DNA of 64,000 nucleotides from positions 4,704,001 to 4,768,000 of the forward strand of contig OY969695.1 in assembly GCA_963701965.1 (NCBI GenBank), read 5' to 3'. The stretch's first letter is position 1. Every line of letters starts with the position of its first letter. The notes under the pieces were generated by a model. It was given only the letters and a program-made list of their open reading frames with translations, did not search any database and was not told the DNA's origin. Shown piece after piece: positions 33,215 through 43,464 of this stretch. The position numbers were made by a program, and so were the translations under genes. The stretch comes from an uncultured Gemmatimonadales bacterium (GTDB taxonomy: Bacteria > Gemmatimonadota > Gemmatimonadetes > Gemmatimonadales > Gemmatimonadaceae).

Positions 33215-34605
33215 TCCGATATGCCCTGTTGTTGGCGCTGCTGCTCAGTGCGTGCGCGCCCGACCGGCTGGTCAATCCAAACAGCCCGACACCCGCCTCC
33301 GTCGGATCGAGCCCGCTGCAAGCGCTACAGCTGGGAGCCACCGGCGTGGTGGCGAGCCAGCGCAACTCGATGCCGGCCTATCTCATCGCGACGGGTCAGT
33401 TCGGTCGGGAGATGTTCGACGTCGTGCCGACGGAGAGCCGGTCGGTAACGGCGTACTACGAGAACTTCAGCGATCCGACGAGTGGGGCGTCGGGCGACTG
33501 GACCGACCGGTACGCGACGCTGCGCAACATTGCGGCGTTCGCGACGACTGTGGCGGCGGCGACAACGGTGCCCGCCGCCCAACGTTCGGCGGCGCTGGGA
33601 TTCGCCGAGACATTGCAAGGACTGGAGCTGTCGTACCTGGCCGCCACACGCAACAATCTCGGGATCGTGGTCCAGATTCTCCCTTCGGCGACCGCGCTCG
33701 CGCCGTTCGTCTCGCGCGACTCGGCGTGGACGTTCGTGTCCGCGGTCCTCGACTCCGGCTACGCCGCGCTGACGGCTGCCGGCAACGTCGCGTTTCCCTT
33801 TTCGCTACCCGAAGCGGCTGGGCAGGGCTGGAGCGGGTTCGACACGCCCGCGACATTCGCCACGTTCAACCGCGCGCTCAAAGCGCGGGTCGAAGCCTAT
33901 CGCGCGTCACTGGCCGGGAACAACACCGCGGGCTATCAACGCGTCCTTACCGCGCTGCACGGATCCTTCCTGACGCCGCTGGTCGCGGACGGGAGCAATT
34001 TGGGCCTGGGGCCGTCCTATCTGTTCGGCAACCAGGGCACCGACGTGGCCAACACCGTGAGCGCGACGTTCCAACCGATCTATGCCCACCCGTCGATCCG
34101 CGACGATGGGACGGTGAGCGCGACCGACAAGCGGTATCTGGCGAAAATTCTCGCCGGCCAAGCGCTCCAGACGCCATCCGGCGCCAACGTGACGACAGAT
34201 CTCAGGCTCCAGGTGTACGCGACGGCGACGAGCCCCATTCCGATCGTCACCAACGAAGAGTTGGTGCTGCTGCGCGCGGAAGCCGAGTGGTTCACCGGTG
34301 ACGCCAACGGCGCGCTCGCGGACATCAATGCGGTACGCACGGTGAGTGGCGGACTCTCATCCCGCGCCGCGTTCACGGGGACTCAAGATTTCGTGACGGA
34401 GCTGTTGGCCCAGCGGCGCTTGTCGCTCCTCTTCCAGGGTCATCGCTGGATCGACGTGCGCCGGTTCGGGCGCCTGGCCGCGCTCCCGCTCAGCGGGAGC
34501 ACGTTTGGCCTGACCTCGAACCAGGTCATTCCCCAGGCCGAGTGCCTCGCGCGGCAGGACGCGGGGAGCGCCTCACTCGCGTGCCCCGCGTTTACCGCGC
34601 AGTGA
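33211..34605 (+). CDS. SusD/RagB-family lipoprotein
   Basis: Lipobox LSAC, NEELVLLRAEA, QRRLSLLFQGHRWIDVRRFG; ATGA overlap with susC. Confidence 0.9.
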   Translation: MIRYALLLALLLSACAPDRLVNPNSPTPASVGSSPLQALQLGATGVVASQRNSMPAYLIATGQFGREMFDVVPTESRSVTAYYENFSDPTSGASGDWTDRYATLRNIAAFATTVAAATTVPAAQRSAALGFAETLQGLELSYLAATRNNLGIVVQILPSATALAPFVSRDSAWTFVSAVLDSGYAALTAAGNVAFPFSLPEAAGQGWSGFDTPATFATFNRALKARVEAYRASLAGNNTAGYQRVLTALHGSFLTPLVADGSNLGLGPSYLFGNQGTDVANTVSATFQPIYAHPSIRDDGTVSATDKRYLAKILAGQALQTPSGANVTTDLRLQVYATATSPIPIVTNEELVLLRAEAEWFTGDANGALADINAVRTVSGGLSSRAAFTGTQDFVTELLAQRRLSLLFQGHRWIDVRRFGRLAALPLSGSTFGLTSNQVIPQAECLARQDAGSASLACPAFTAQ

Positions 34606-34623
34606 TGTCCCCGATTACGACAC

Positions 34624-35352
34624 TCACGTGGCCCTGATATAGGCGCACCCGCCCTGCTCGGCGCGAATGACGCCGAAGATCCCCGACGGCACGAGCGTGA
34701 CGCCGGGGATCAGGGCCGCGGTCAGCTCCTGCTTGACGACGTCGGCCTTTTGCTTGGTGCGCTCGGCAATGCGCCCGGCGAAACCGCTGAACGCCAAGTT
34801 GCAGGCAAGCGCGATCGTTCCGCGTCCGATCAGGGTGTCCAACCCGCCGTCGGCCCCGATCGTGGCGTACTTGTCGTCGGCCTTGGCATTCAGGAACGGG
34901 TTGCGCAGCGCCCATTCGCCCGTCGTGGGGTCCTTGAGCTTCGTGATCTTCTTTCCAATGAAGGGGTAATTCGCCCACGCGGCGTCTCCCAGGACCATCG
35001 GAATCGCCAGGTGCCGGAACACGAGCACCGCACGGAGGTCCGTGTCGGCCGTGTTGTAGACCTCCTTGTAGTTCATGTAGAACATCCGAGCCTGGTCCAG
35101 TACCGTGCCCTCGGCGATCTCCGGCGCATCGAACACCTGCTTATGCGTGCCATCGCCGGCGAGACGGTTGGTCCACGAGAGATCCCAATCATGGTGCGGA
35201 GCGGCGGGCGGCGGCGGAGCCGGCGTGGGCGCGACCGCCTGCGCCGTGGCTTGGGCTCTGGCGCAGGCCGTCGCCGCGAATGCCGCGGCGCCGCCGACGA
35301 GTTGTCCGAGGAACCGGCGGCGCCGGGTGGGCTCAGGCTGGATGATCGACAC
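34624..35352 (-). CDS. Tat-exported protein, probable DsrE/DsrF-like fold
   Basis: TRRRRFLG twin-arginine signal; QVFDAP, VFRHLAI, LACNLA, LIPGVTLVPSG..AEQGGCAYI. Confidence 0.7.
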   Translation of the reverse strand: MSIIQPEPTRRRRFLGQLVGGAAAFAATACARAQATAQAVAPTPAPPPPAAPHHDWDLSWTNRLAGDGTHKQVFDAPEIAEGTVLDQARMFYMNYKEVYNTADTDLRAVLVFRHLAIPMVLGDAAWANYPFIGKKITKLKDPTTGEWALRNPFLNAKADDKYATIGADGGLDTLIGRGTIALACNLAFSGFAGRIAERTKQKADVVKQELTAALIPGVTLVPSGIFGVIRAEQGGCAYIRAT

Positions 35353-35427
35353 GGGTGCCCTTCGAGATGGAGGCGGTCGGGCGCCCCGGTGCGGGCGCCG
35401 CGAACCGGAAAACTGGCCGCCCGAGGG

Positions 35428-36357
35428 CTATCGCGCGAGGCGGATGACTTCGACGACGACCAGAAACACGCCGATCAGCGCCGCCACAATGACGAGGCGG
35501 GGCAACAGATTGCGCACCGTGGGCACCACTCCGGCGTCGAGCGCGGCGGTCAGCGAGCGGGCGCTCGTGTACCGGTCGAATCGCGAGATCGCCAATCCCT
35601 TTCTGACGACCGCATCGATCCCCCGCGGCACGTCCGCGCGCAGAGCGCGGGCCGACGGTGGCGGCGATGTCATCATCTTGGCGATCGCCGCCTGCGCCGT
35701 CTTGGCCACGAACGGCGGATCGCCGGTGATCATTCTCGTAGAACACCGCCGACAACGAATACACGTCGGTCCGCGCATTCAATGTCGCGCTCGGCGCTGG
35801 CCTGCTCGGGACTCATGTAGTTGGGCGTGCCGACCGTCGTCCCCGATCGCGTGAGCGGGCGAGTGGTCGTCGAGCGCATTCGGGCGCGCCACGCCGAAAT
35901 CGGCGAGCAGCGCGTCGCCGTCCGGCGTGAGCAGGATGTTCTCCGGCTTCACGTCGCGGTGCAGCACCTCTTGCCCGTGCGCATAGTCGAGGGCGCCGGC
36001 CACCTCGCGGACGATCCGCAACGCGTCCGGCATGGGCAGCCGCCGCTCCCGGCTCAGCCGGTGTCGCAGCGACTCGCCGGCGACGTACGGCATGGTAAAC
36101 CACAACTGTCCGTCCGCGGTCTCGCCCGAATCATAGACCGACAGGATGTGGGGATGCTGCAGGCGCGCCGCGAGCGCGATCTCCCGCCGAAAGCGTGCCG
36201 GCCCCAAGGACTCGGAGAGATCGGCCTGGAGGACCTTGAGCGCGACCGGCCGGTCGTGCTTGAGGTCGACCGCCAGATAAACGGTCGCCATGGCCCCGCG
36301 ACCAATCTCGCGCTGGAGCTCGTAGTGAGCCCCCAGCGTTCTCTGGAGCTCGCGCAT
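35428..36357 (-). CDS. Ser/Thr protein kinase with C-terminal TM helix (several frameshifts; possible pseudogene)
   Basis: GRGAMATVY, HRDVKPEN, DFG, then GTPNYMSPEQ, ARTDVYSL and MITGDPPF in successive frames. Confidence 0.8.
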
Positions 36358-36421
36358 ATCCTCGGGCTCGTCCAGGGCGCGCCTCCGTCTGTGTTTTATC
36401 CGCAGCAAGTTAAGAATACCC

Positions 36422-36449
36422 GGGGTGACCGGCCCGCGCCGGCCACCCC
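36422..36449 (-). terminator. GC-rich hairpin downstream of the DUF4242 gene
   Basis: GGGGTGGCCGGC/GCCGGTCACCCC stem on the minus strand; weak U-tract. Confidence 0.4.
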
Positions 36450-36455
36450 TTTGAT

Positions 36456-36752
36456 TCAGCGCCGGCTGGCCAGGACCGCGGACTCCGCGGTCGTGGGATC
36501 CATGATCGTGCGAATCCGCGCGATCCGATTGGCGGGAAACCCGCCGAGCCGCGCGTGCTCCCGGATCATCGCATCATCCTCGGCGATGTAGATGCAGGTG
36601 ATCTTGTCGTCGGTCACGAAGCTCTGGATCCACTGGATGTCCGGCCCCAGCTCGCGCACGACCCGGCACGACCGCCGGGCGATCTCCTGAAAAGCCTCCA
36701 CAGAGAGCCCGCCGACACTGGGGAGCTCACGTTCGATGAGAAATCGGGGCAT
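36456..36752 (-). CDS. DUF4242-family protein
   Basis: MPRFLIERELP..IQWIQSFVTDDKITCIYIA..IREHARLGGFPANRI; GAGGA RBS. Confidence 0.85.
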   Translation of the reverse strand: MPRFLIERELPSVGGLSVEAFQEIARRSCRVVRELGPDIQWIQSFVTDDKITCIYIAEDDAMIREHARLGGFPANRIARIRTIMDPTTAESAVLASRR

Positions 36753-36766
36753 GGTTCGCTTCCTCG

Positions 36767-37026
36767 TTAGTGGGCAGAATTGCAAGTAACGCGCGGATTC
36801 CAGTCGGCAACGTGCCCGCCGGGTTGTCGCCGAGCGGCGGCATCGTCATGCACGCGGTCAGCTTGGTGCTGTAGCCCGCGGCCACGGCCGTGTCGAATAC
36901 CTGGAATCGTGACGTGGCCGCGCGAAGTGCCGCGAGATCGCGGTTCACGCCGTCATTGCTCGACGTCGGCGAGCTCGAGCACGCTACGAGAAGAAGGAGC
37001 GAAAGAATCGTGATGTGGTGCCACAT
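36767..37026 (-). pseudogene. Lipoprotein with internal deletion and frameshift
   Basis: Lipobox LVAC and LAALRAATSRF..AVAAGY..CM, then directly DNPAGT(F)ADWNPRVTC; from recall of similar proteins the middle is missing. Confidence 0.6.
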
Positions 37027-37101
37027 GCGAAGCCTCCCGGATGGCGTTGAAGGGTCTGTCCCTAGAACGCAATCGCCGCCGGAAAGCGGACACGCCGCCG
37101 G

Positions 37102-37623
37102 TTATCCGGGATCGACCGGGAGAATGGCGTGGTGCAGCAGCACACGCGCGTTGCGCCAGTCCCGGCGCACCGTCCGCGTCGAGACCCCGCGTGCCGCGGC
37201 GATCTCCTCGAACGTATACCCACAGAAAAAATGCAGATCGACCAGCTCGGCCAGCGCGGGCTCGACGGTGGCCAGCTCGTTCAGCGCATCCCCCAACTGC
37301 TCCAGCTCCACCGCCAAGCGTTCGGCATCCGGCGATGGCGGCTCGTGTCCGCTGAGCGTGATCTCGAGATGCTTGCCCCGTTTCGTCGCTTGCCGGCGGC
37401 GCGCGTAGTCGATCACCAGCGTACGCATCGCGCGCGACGCGTACGCCAGGAAGTGCGCGTGATCGGGGAAGTCGCCGTCATGTCGAGCCACGCTGAGGTA
37501 GGCCTCGTGCACGAGCGTCGTCGTGCCCAGCGTGAGCCCACCGCCGCGCCGCAGACTGCGCTCCGCGAGTCGGTGCAGCTCGGCGTAGAGCACCTCGAAC
37601 AAACCGTTGGGTGCGTCAGTCAT
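37102..37623 (-). CDS. ECF sigma factor, kinase-associated type (ECF43/TIGR02999-like)
   Basis: LYAELHRLA..LGTTTLVHEAYL..HFLAYASRAMR..LVIDYARRR..KRG..FFCGYTFEEIA..TVRRDWRNAR. Confidence 0.9.
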   Translation of the reverse strand: MTDAPNGLFEVLYAELHRLAERSLRRGGGLTLGTTTLVHEAYLSVARHDGDFPDHAHFLAYASRAMRTLVIDYARRRQATKRGKHLEITLSGHEPPSPDAERLAVELEQLGDALNELATVEPALAELVDLHFFCGYTFEEIAAARGVSTRTVRRDWRNARVLLHHAILPVDPG

Positions 37624-37668
37624 TGGGCAAATTAGCGGAAGCGCCAGGTCGGCACTACAGTTCGACGC

Positions 37669-40306
37669 ATGATCGATCGCGATCGGTGGAAGATTCTCGA
37701 ACCGCTCCTCAATCGCGTCCTCGATCTCCCAGTGCCGGAACGGGAGCCGTGGCTCGCGCAGTTGCGGTCGGAGTCGCCGACCCTCGCCGCCGACGTGGCG
37801 ACTTTGTTGGCCGCGGAATCCGACGCCGAGCGAACCGGCTTCCTCGCCGAGCCGCTGCGCATGACGTCCGACGACCTCGCCGTCGGCGCCTACGAGCTCG
37901 AGCGTCCGCTCGGCCATGGGGGAATGGGGACGGTCTGGCTCGCCCGCCGCACGGACGGTCGCTTCGAGGGACGCGCCGCGGTCAAGGTCCTCAACGTCAC
38001 GCACTTGAGCCCGACCGGTGAGGAACGCTTTCGCCGCGAAGGCTCCATGCTGGCGCGCCTCGCCCATCCGGGTATCGCCCGTTTGCTCGACGCTGGCGTC
38101 GCTTCGAACGGGCAACCGTATCTCGTGCTCGAGTATATCGACGGGAAACCGATCGACGTCTACGCCGCCGACGCCGAGCTCGCGACCGACGCGCGCATTC
38201 ACCTCATCCTGCAAGTGCTGGCCGCCGTCGGCCACGCGCACGCCAACCTGATCGTGCACCGCGATCTCAAGCCGAGCAACATCCTCGTCACCCGCGACGG
38301 CGCGGTCAAGCTGCTCGACTTCGGCATCGCGAAACTCCTCGATCCCGAGGGGCGCGGCGATGCGGCCGCGCTGACTGTCGAGGGCGGACGCGCGCTGACA
38401 CCGGAGTTCGCGGCGCCCGAGCAGTTGTGGGGCGATCCGATCACCACGGCGACCGATGTGTACGCCGCCGCCGTGTTGCTGTACGTGCTCTTGGCCGGCC
38501 GTCACCCGACGGCCGCCGGCTGCCGCACGCCGGCCGACGCCATCCGGGCGCTGGTCGAAGTGCAGCCGGCGCGACTCGGCCTCGGCGATCTCGACGTCGT
38601 GCTCGCGAAGGCGCTGCGCAAGGCGCCCGAAGAGCGGTACCAGACGGTCGGCACTTTTGCCGAGGATCTGGAGCGCTATCTGCGAGGCGAGGCGGTCAGC
38701 GCACGCCGCGCGACGGTGCTTTATCGCGCGCGCGCATTCGTTCGCCGCTATCGCGTTGGTGTGGTCGCGGCGGCCGCGGTGTTGGCGTCCCTGGCCGGCG
38801 CGACGGCGTTTTCGACGGCGCAGATGCGAGAGGCGCGCCGTCAGCGCGACGCCGCGTTGCGCGGCGTGAAGCGCTCGCAAGTGATGTCCGACCTCCAAAC
38901 CGTGCTCGCGGGCGACTCGCGGGGACTGGATGGCCGATTGCTCTCCCAGGCCGAGCGCATCGCGCTCGCCGAGCGCATGCTGGCGCCCTACGTGCGGCGC
39001 GAACCGTGGCTCGCCGCCGAGGTCACGGCGGACCTGGCCCAACGCTTCTACGAGAGCGGCGATCGGGAGACCCAGCGCCGGATGCTGGCGCGGGCTCGCA
39101 CGATCGCCCGCGACGCCGCGCTCCCGGCGCAGATCGCGCTGACGGATTGTGAGCGGGCGTACAGTTTCGTGTACGACGATCAGTTCGACTCGGCGCGCGT
39201 CGATCTCGCCGAAGCCAAGGCGGCGCTGGCCCGCCCGGCACCGCGACCGGATTCGGCGGTCGAGAGCGGGTGTCTCGACGCCGAGGGACAGCTGCTCGTC
39301 GGCACCGGAAGTCCCGACTCGGGCATCGCCCTGCTGCGGCGCGCCGTGGCACTCGTGAATACGGACCACGGCGGGTCGGACCGCTTGAGCGCCATCAACG
39401 ATCTCGCGGAGGCGCTCCGGTTGAGCCACCGGATGCGCGAGGCCGTGCCGTACCAGCGGCAGGTGATGGCGGAGCTCGATGCCGCGGGCTATGGGGACAC
39501 GGAGCAGCTGCCCAATGCCCTGTCATTTCTCGACGGGTCGCTGTGGGAGCTCGGTGAGCCGGAGGCCGAGGATGCGGCGATCGCGCCCTTCATCCGCGAG
39601 CAGGAGCAGCGGCACGGTGCCGGCCAGGTCTCGACCCATTCTCGCGTTCCTTTATGGGCAAGCCAAGCTCCGGCGCGGGGACATCGATTCCGCGGATCTG
39701 TGGATCGGCCGCGCCATGCGCGACACGACGGCGGGAGGGAGCGGCATCGGCGACTGGTTGCCGCCGGCGCTCACCCAGCTCCGATTGGAGCAGGGTAGGG
39801 TGGCGGAGGCGAAGCGGGCCAGTGCGGGGCTGGCCGGAGGTCCCCGCGGCCGGCGCGCCAACACCGCCATGCTCCAGGCGCGCATCCGGCGGGCCGAGGG
39901 CGACCCCGGGGGGGCGTCGGCGCTGTTGGAAAACGAGCTCCGGTCCGTGACCAGCGACGGAGGTCCATTGCTCACCCTCTTCGCCATTCCATTGGTGACC
40001 GCCGGCGAGTGGCGCCTCGCAGCGGGCGATGCGCGGGGAGCGGACTCCCTCGCCCGCCTCGCGCTGCGCAGCGCGCTCGTGGACTCCCTCTCGGCTTCCC
40101 GCAGCGCCTTCGCTGGCCGCGCCCAACTGCTCTTGTCGCGCGCCCAGCGGTCGCTCGGGAACGTCGATGTGGCGCAAAACGCCGCCCAGCGTGCGGTCAT
40201 CGCCCTGGCCAACGGTTACGGCGGGGCCAGCGGCGCGGCGCGCGAGGCGCGCGCGCTCGTGGATTCCCTCCTGACCGTCAAGATGCAGCGTCCAGCGGCG
40301 GACTAG
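37669..40306 (+). CDS. Membrane Ser/Thr kinase with TPR-like C-terminal region (frameshift at about 39634)
   Basis: GHGGMGTVW, HRDLKPSN, DFG, TPEFAAPEQ and a TM helix; continues in ORF 39479-40306. Confidence 0.88.
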
Positions 40307-40323
40307 GGGCCCGAACCGCTACC

Positions 40324-40354
40324 CCTTGTACTTCTACAAGAGCGGAGGTATCGT
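40324..40354 (+). promoter_or_regulatory. Promoter and palindromic operator of the second padR
   Basis: TTGTAC-N17-TATCGT, 6 nt before the ATG; CTTGTA-N4-TACAAG at 40325-40340 overlaps the -35. Confidence 0.65.
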
Positions 40355-40360
40355 GCGGTC

Positions 40361-40690
40361 ATGTCCGAACGGCTCGATCTCCCGCAGGGCACGCTCGACC
40401 TGCTGATCCTGCGCGCGTTGTCGCTCGGCCCGCGACACGGGTGGGCGATCTCGGAACGCATCCACAATGTCTCGCGCGCCACATTGCAGATTCCCCAAGG
40501 CTCGCTCTACCCTGCGCTGCACCGGTTGGAACGCCGGGGCTGGATCAAGGCGCAGTGGGGCGCGTCCGACAACAACCGCCGGGCCAAATTCTACGAGCTG
40601 ACCCGGGCTGGCCGCCGGCAGCTCGGCGTCGAGACCGATGCCTGGCGCCAACTCACCGCCGCGGTCGCGCTGGTGCTCGACCTGGCCTGA
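40361..40690 (+). CDS. PadR-family transcriptional regulator
   Basis: QGTLDLLILRAL..HGWAISERI..QGSLYPALHRLE..NNRRAKFYELT. Confidence 0.94.
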   Translation: MSERLDLPQGTLDLLILRALSLGPRHGWAISERIHNVSRATLQIPQGSLYPALHRLERRGWIKAQWGASDNNRRAKFYELTRAGRRQLGVETDAWRQLTAAVALVLDLA

Positions 40691-43416
40691 TGTTCAGCGA
40701 CCTCCGCTTCCGCCTACGGGCGCTGTTTCGGCGCGGCACGATGGAGCGCGAGCTCGATGAGGAGCTGCGCTTCCATATCGAGCAGGCCATCGGGAAATAC
40801 GTCGCCGGGGGCATGGCGCCGTCCGAGGCGGCCCGGCAGGCGCGGCTCGCGTTCGGCGGCGTCGAGCGCATCAAGGACGAGAGCCGCGATCAGCGCGGGA
40901 TCTCGTGGTTCGAGCGCCGCGGCGCCGACCTGCGCCTCGCTACGCGTGGCATGCGACGCCAACCCGCGTTCACCGCGGTGGTGGTCGCCACGCTCGGCCT
41001 CGGTCTGGGCGCGAATGTCGCCGTCTTCCGCATTGTCGACCGGCTGCTGCTCCAGCCTCCGGCTTATCTGCACGATCCCGCGCGGGTGCACCGCGTGTAT
41101 CTGCAAGGGCTTCCGGGGCGGATCTTCGTGTTTGGGCGTGGCGGCGATGCCGGCATTCCGTCCATCGGCACCATGGCCTATCCGCGCTTCCGCGATTTGC
41201 AGCGGTGGACGACGTCGTGCGACCGCGTCGCGGCGTTCGCCGACGTCTCGCTGGCCATCGGCACCGGGCAGAACACCCAAGAGCGGTGGGTCAGCGCGGT
41301 CTCCGGCGACTATTTCGACTTGTTTGATGCGCGCCCGGCCGCGGGGCGGTTCCTGGCGCCGCCGGACGACCGCGCTCCCGCGGGATCACCCGTGGCCGTG
41401 TTGAGCCACGCCTTCTGGCGATCGCAGTATGGTGGGCGCCCCGACATCGTGGGCACGGCGCTGCAAATCGGGCCGTTGATCTATACGATCGTCGGCGTCG
41501 CGCCGGAAGGATTCGTCGGTGTCGAGACCACGAACCCACCGATCGCTTTCATCCCGCTCACGAGCTACGCGTACACCCGCGGCGTGCTCGAACACCCGGA
41601 CGCCTACGTCACGAGCTACAACGCCTGGATCGTCACCGTGCTGGCACGGCGCCGCCCGGGGGTCGGTACCACGGCCGCTGCCGCCGATCTCACGAATGCC
41701 TTCCGCCGCAGTCTCTTGGCCGAGCGGGCATCCAGCGCGCGCCGCACGGACTCCCTCGATCTCCATCGCGCCCGGGCGCTGGTGACTCCGGTGATAGAGA
41801 ATCGCGGGCCGGACCGGAACTCGCCGGCCCGGCTCGCGACGTGGACCGGTGGGCTGGCGATGATCGTGCTCCTCATTGCGTGCGCGAACGTCGCCAACCT
41901 GTTGTTGGCCCGGACACTCCAACGTCGCCGGGAATTCGCCATGCGTCTCGCTCTCGGCGTCACGCGCGGTCGTCTCCTGGCGCAAGTGCTCACCGAGACG
42001 CTGGTCCTCGCCGCTCTTGGGGTTGTGGCGGCGATCGCGATCGCCGAGGCCGGCGGCGCCGTGTTGCGGCCGCTGTTCGTGCCCGATGCGCCGTCCTCGG
42101 CCGTCATCGCCGATGGCCGCGCGCTCGTCTTTGCCGGTCTCGCCGCGCTCGTTGCCGGCGTCTTCACCGGTCTCGTGCCGGTGTTCGCCATCGATCGCTC
42201 CGATTGCGCCGACGCGTTCAAGGCCGGCCTGCGGGACACGACGTACCGCGGGTCGCGCGCCCGCGTGGTTCTGCTCGTATTCCAAGCCGCCCTGTCCGTC
42301 GTACTCGTCGTCGGCGCCGGTCTCTTCGTGCGCAGTCTCCAAGCGGCGCGGGCGGTGCGTCTGGGTCTCGACGTCGAGCATCTGATCGCCGTGCAGGCGA
42401 ATCTCCGGGGGCTGGCCCTTCCGGTTGGGCAGCAATACGCCCTGGCGCACCGGCTGGTCGACGGCGCCCGCGTCATCCCGGGTGTCACCGGGGTGGCGCG
42501 CGCCGAATCCGTTCCTTTCTGGTCGATCATGTCCGAAGACTTCACCGTGCCGGGAGTCGATTCGGTCGATCGGCTCGGATTCTTCACGCTGCAGGCGGTG
42601 TCGCCCCAATACTTCACGACCGTGGGCACGCGGATCCTGCGCGGCCGCGGCATTCTGGAGACGGACCGCGCGCGTGGGCCCCGCGTCGTCGTCGTGAGCG
42701 CGGCGATGGCGCGGACGCTGTGGCCGGGCCGCGACGCCCTGGGGCAGTGCATGAAGTTCGGCGCCGATACCAACCCCTGCACGACGGTCGTCGGTATCGC
42801 CGAGGATGCGCGGCAGGTGAGCATCGCGGACGACATCGGGCTCCGATACTATCTGTCTGTCGAGCAGTACGACTCGACGGCCGGCCTCCTGTTCGTCCGC
42901 GTGCGCGACCAGGCGGACGGTTCGATCCAAACGGTGCGGCGGGAGCTGCAGCGTCTCATGCCGGGAGCGACGTACGTCACGGCGACTCCGCTCCGCGCCA
43001 TCGTCGACACCCAGGTCAAGTCGTGGGAGCTGGGCGCGACGATGTTTTTGGTCTTCGGCGCGCTGGCGCTGGCCTTGGCCGCGGTCGGCCTGTACAGCGT
43101 CATCGCCTACGCCGTCGCCCAACGTACGCACGAGCTGGGCGTGCGGGCCGCCCTCGGCGCGCGTCTCGGTGATGTCCTCCGGCTCATCATCGCCGACGGT
43201 CTCCGTTTCGCGGTCGCGGGCATCGTCATTGGCAGTGGCATCGCCTTGGTCGCCGGCCAATGGGTGCGACCCTTGCTGTTCGGCGAGCAGCCGGCCGACC
43301 CCCTCGTGTTCGGCATCGCGATCGGCGTGCTCCTGATGACCGCCGCGGCGTCGAGCGTCATCCCGGCATGGCGCGCCGCGCGCGTCGACCCCATGGAGGC
43401 CCTGCGGGCTGATTAG
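40690..43416 (+). CDS. ADOP-family ABC permease
   Basis: MFSDLRFRLRALFRR..ELDEELRFH, LLIACANVANLLLAR, RVDPMEALRAD; TGATG coupling to padR. Confidence 0.92.
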   Translation: MFSDLRFRLRALFRRGTMERELDEELRFHIEQAIGKYVAGGMAPSEAARQARLAFGGVERIKDESRDQRGISWFERRGADLRLATRGMRRQPAFTAVVVATLGLGLGANVAVFRIVDRLLLQPPAYLHDPARVHRVYLQGLPGRIFVFGRGGDAGIPSIGTMAYPRFRDLQRWTTSCDRVAAFADVSLAIGTGQNTQERWVSAVSGDYFDLFDARPAAGRFLAPPDDRAPAGSPVAVLSHAFWRSQYGGRPDIVGTALQIGPLIYTIVGVAPEGFVGVETTNPPIAFIPLTSYAYTRGVLEHPDAYVTSYNAWIVTVLARRRPGVGTTAAAADLTNAFRRSLLAERASSARRTDSLDLHRARALVTPVIENRGPDRNSPARLATWTGGLAMIVLLIACANVANLLLARTLQRRREFAMRLALGVTRGRLLAQVLTETLVLAALGVVAAIAIAEAGGAVLRPLFVPDAPSSAVIADGRALVFAGLAALVAGVFTGLVPVFAIDRSDCADAFKAGLRDTTYRGSRARVVLLVFQAALSVVLVVGAGLFVRSLQAARAVRLGLDVEHLIAVQANLRGLALPVGQQYALAHRLVDGARVIPGVTGVARAESVPFWSIMSEDFTVPGVDSVDRLGFFTLQAVSPQYFTTVGTRILRGRGILETDRARGPRVVVVSAAMARTLWPGRDALGQCMKFGADTNPCTTVVGIAEDARQVSIADDIGLRYYLSVEQYDSTAGLLFVRVRDQADGSIQTVRRELQRLMPGATYVTATPLRAIVDTQVKSWELGATMFLVFGALALALAAVGLYSVIAYAVAQRTHELGVRAALGARLGDVLRLIIADGLRFAVAGIVIGSGIALVAGQWVRPLLFGEQPADPLVFGIAIGVLLMTAAASSVIPAWRAARVDPMEALRAD

Positions 43417-43464
43417 CTGGGGAGGGCCTCCCGCCGCGGCCCCGCTCGGTGTATATCAGGGGAC

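Noticed and set aside
37624..39429. 775-aa minus-strand ORF read as a giant sigma-factor fusion
   Set aside because: Only 37102-37623 is sigma-like; the rest is antisense to the kinase, a common high-GC artefact.
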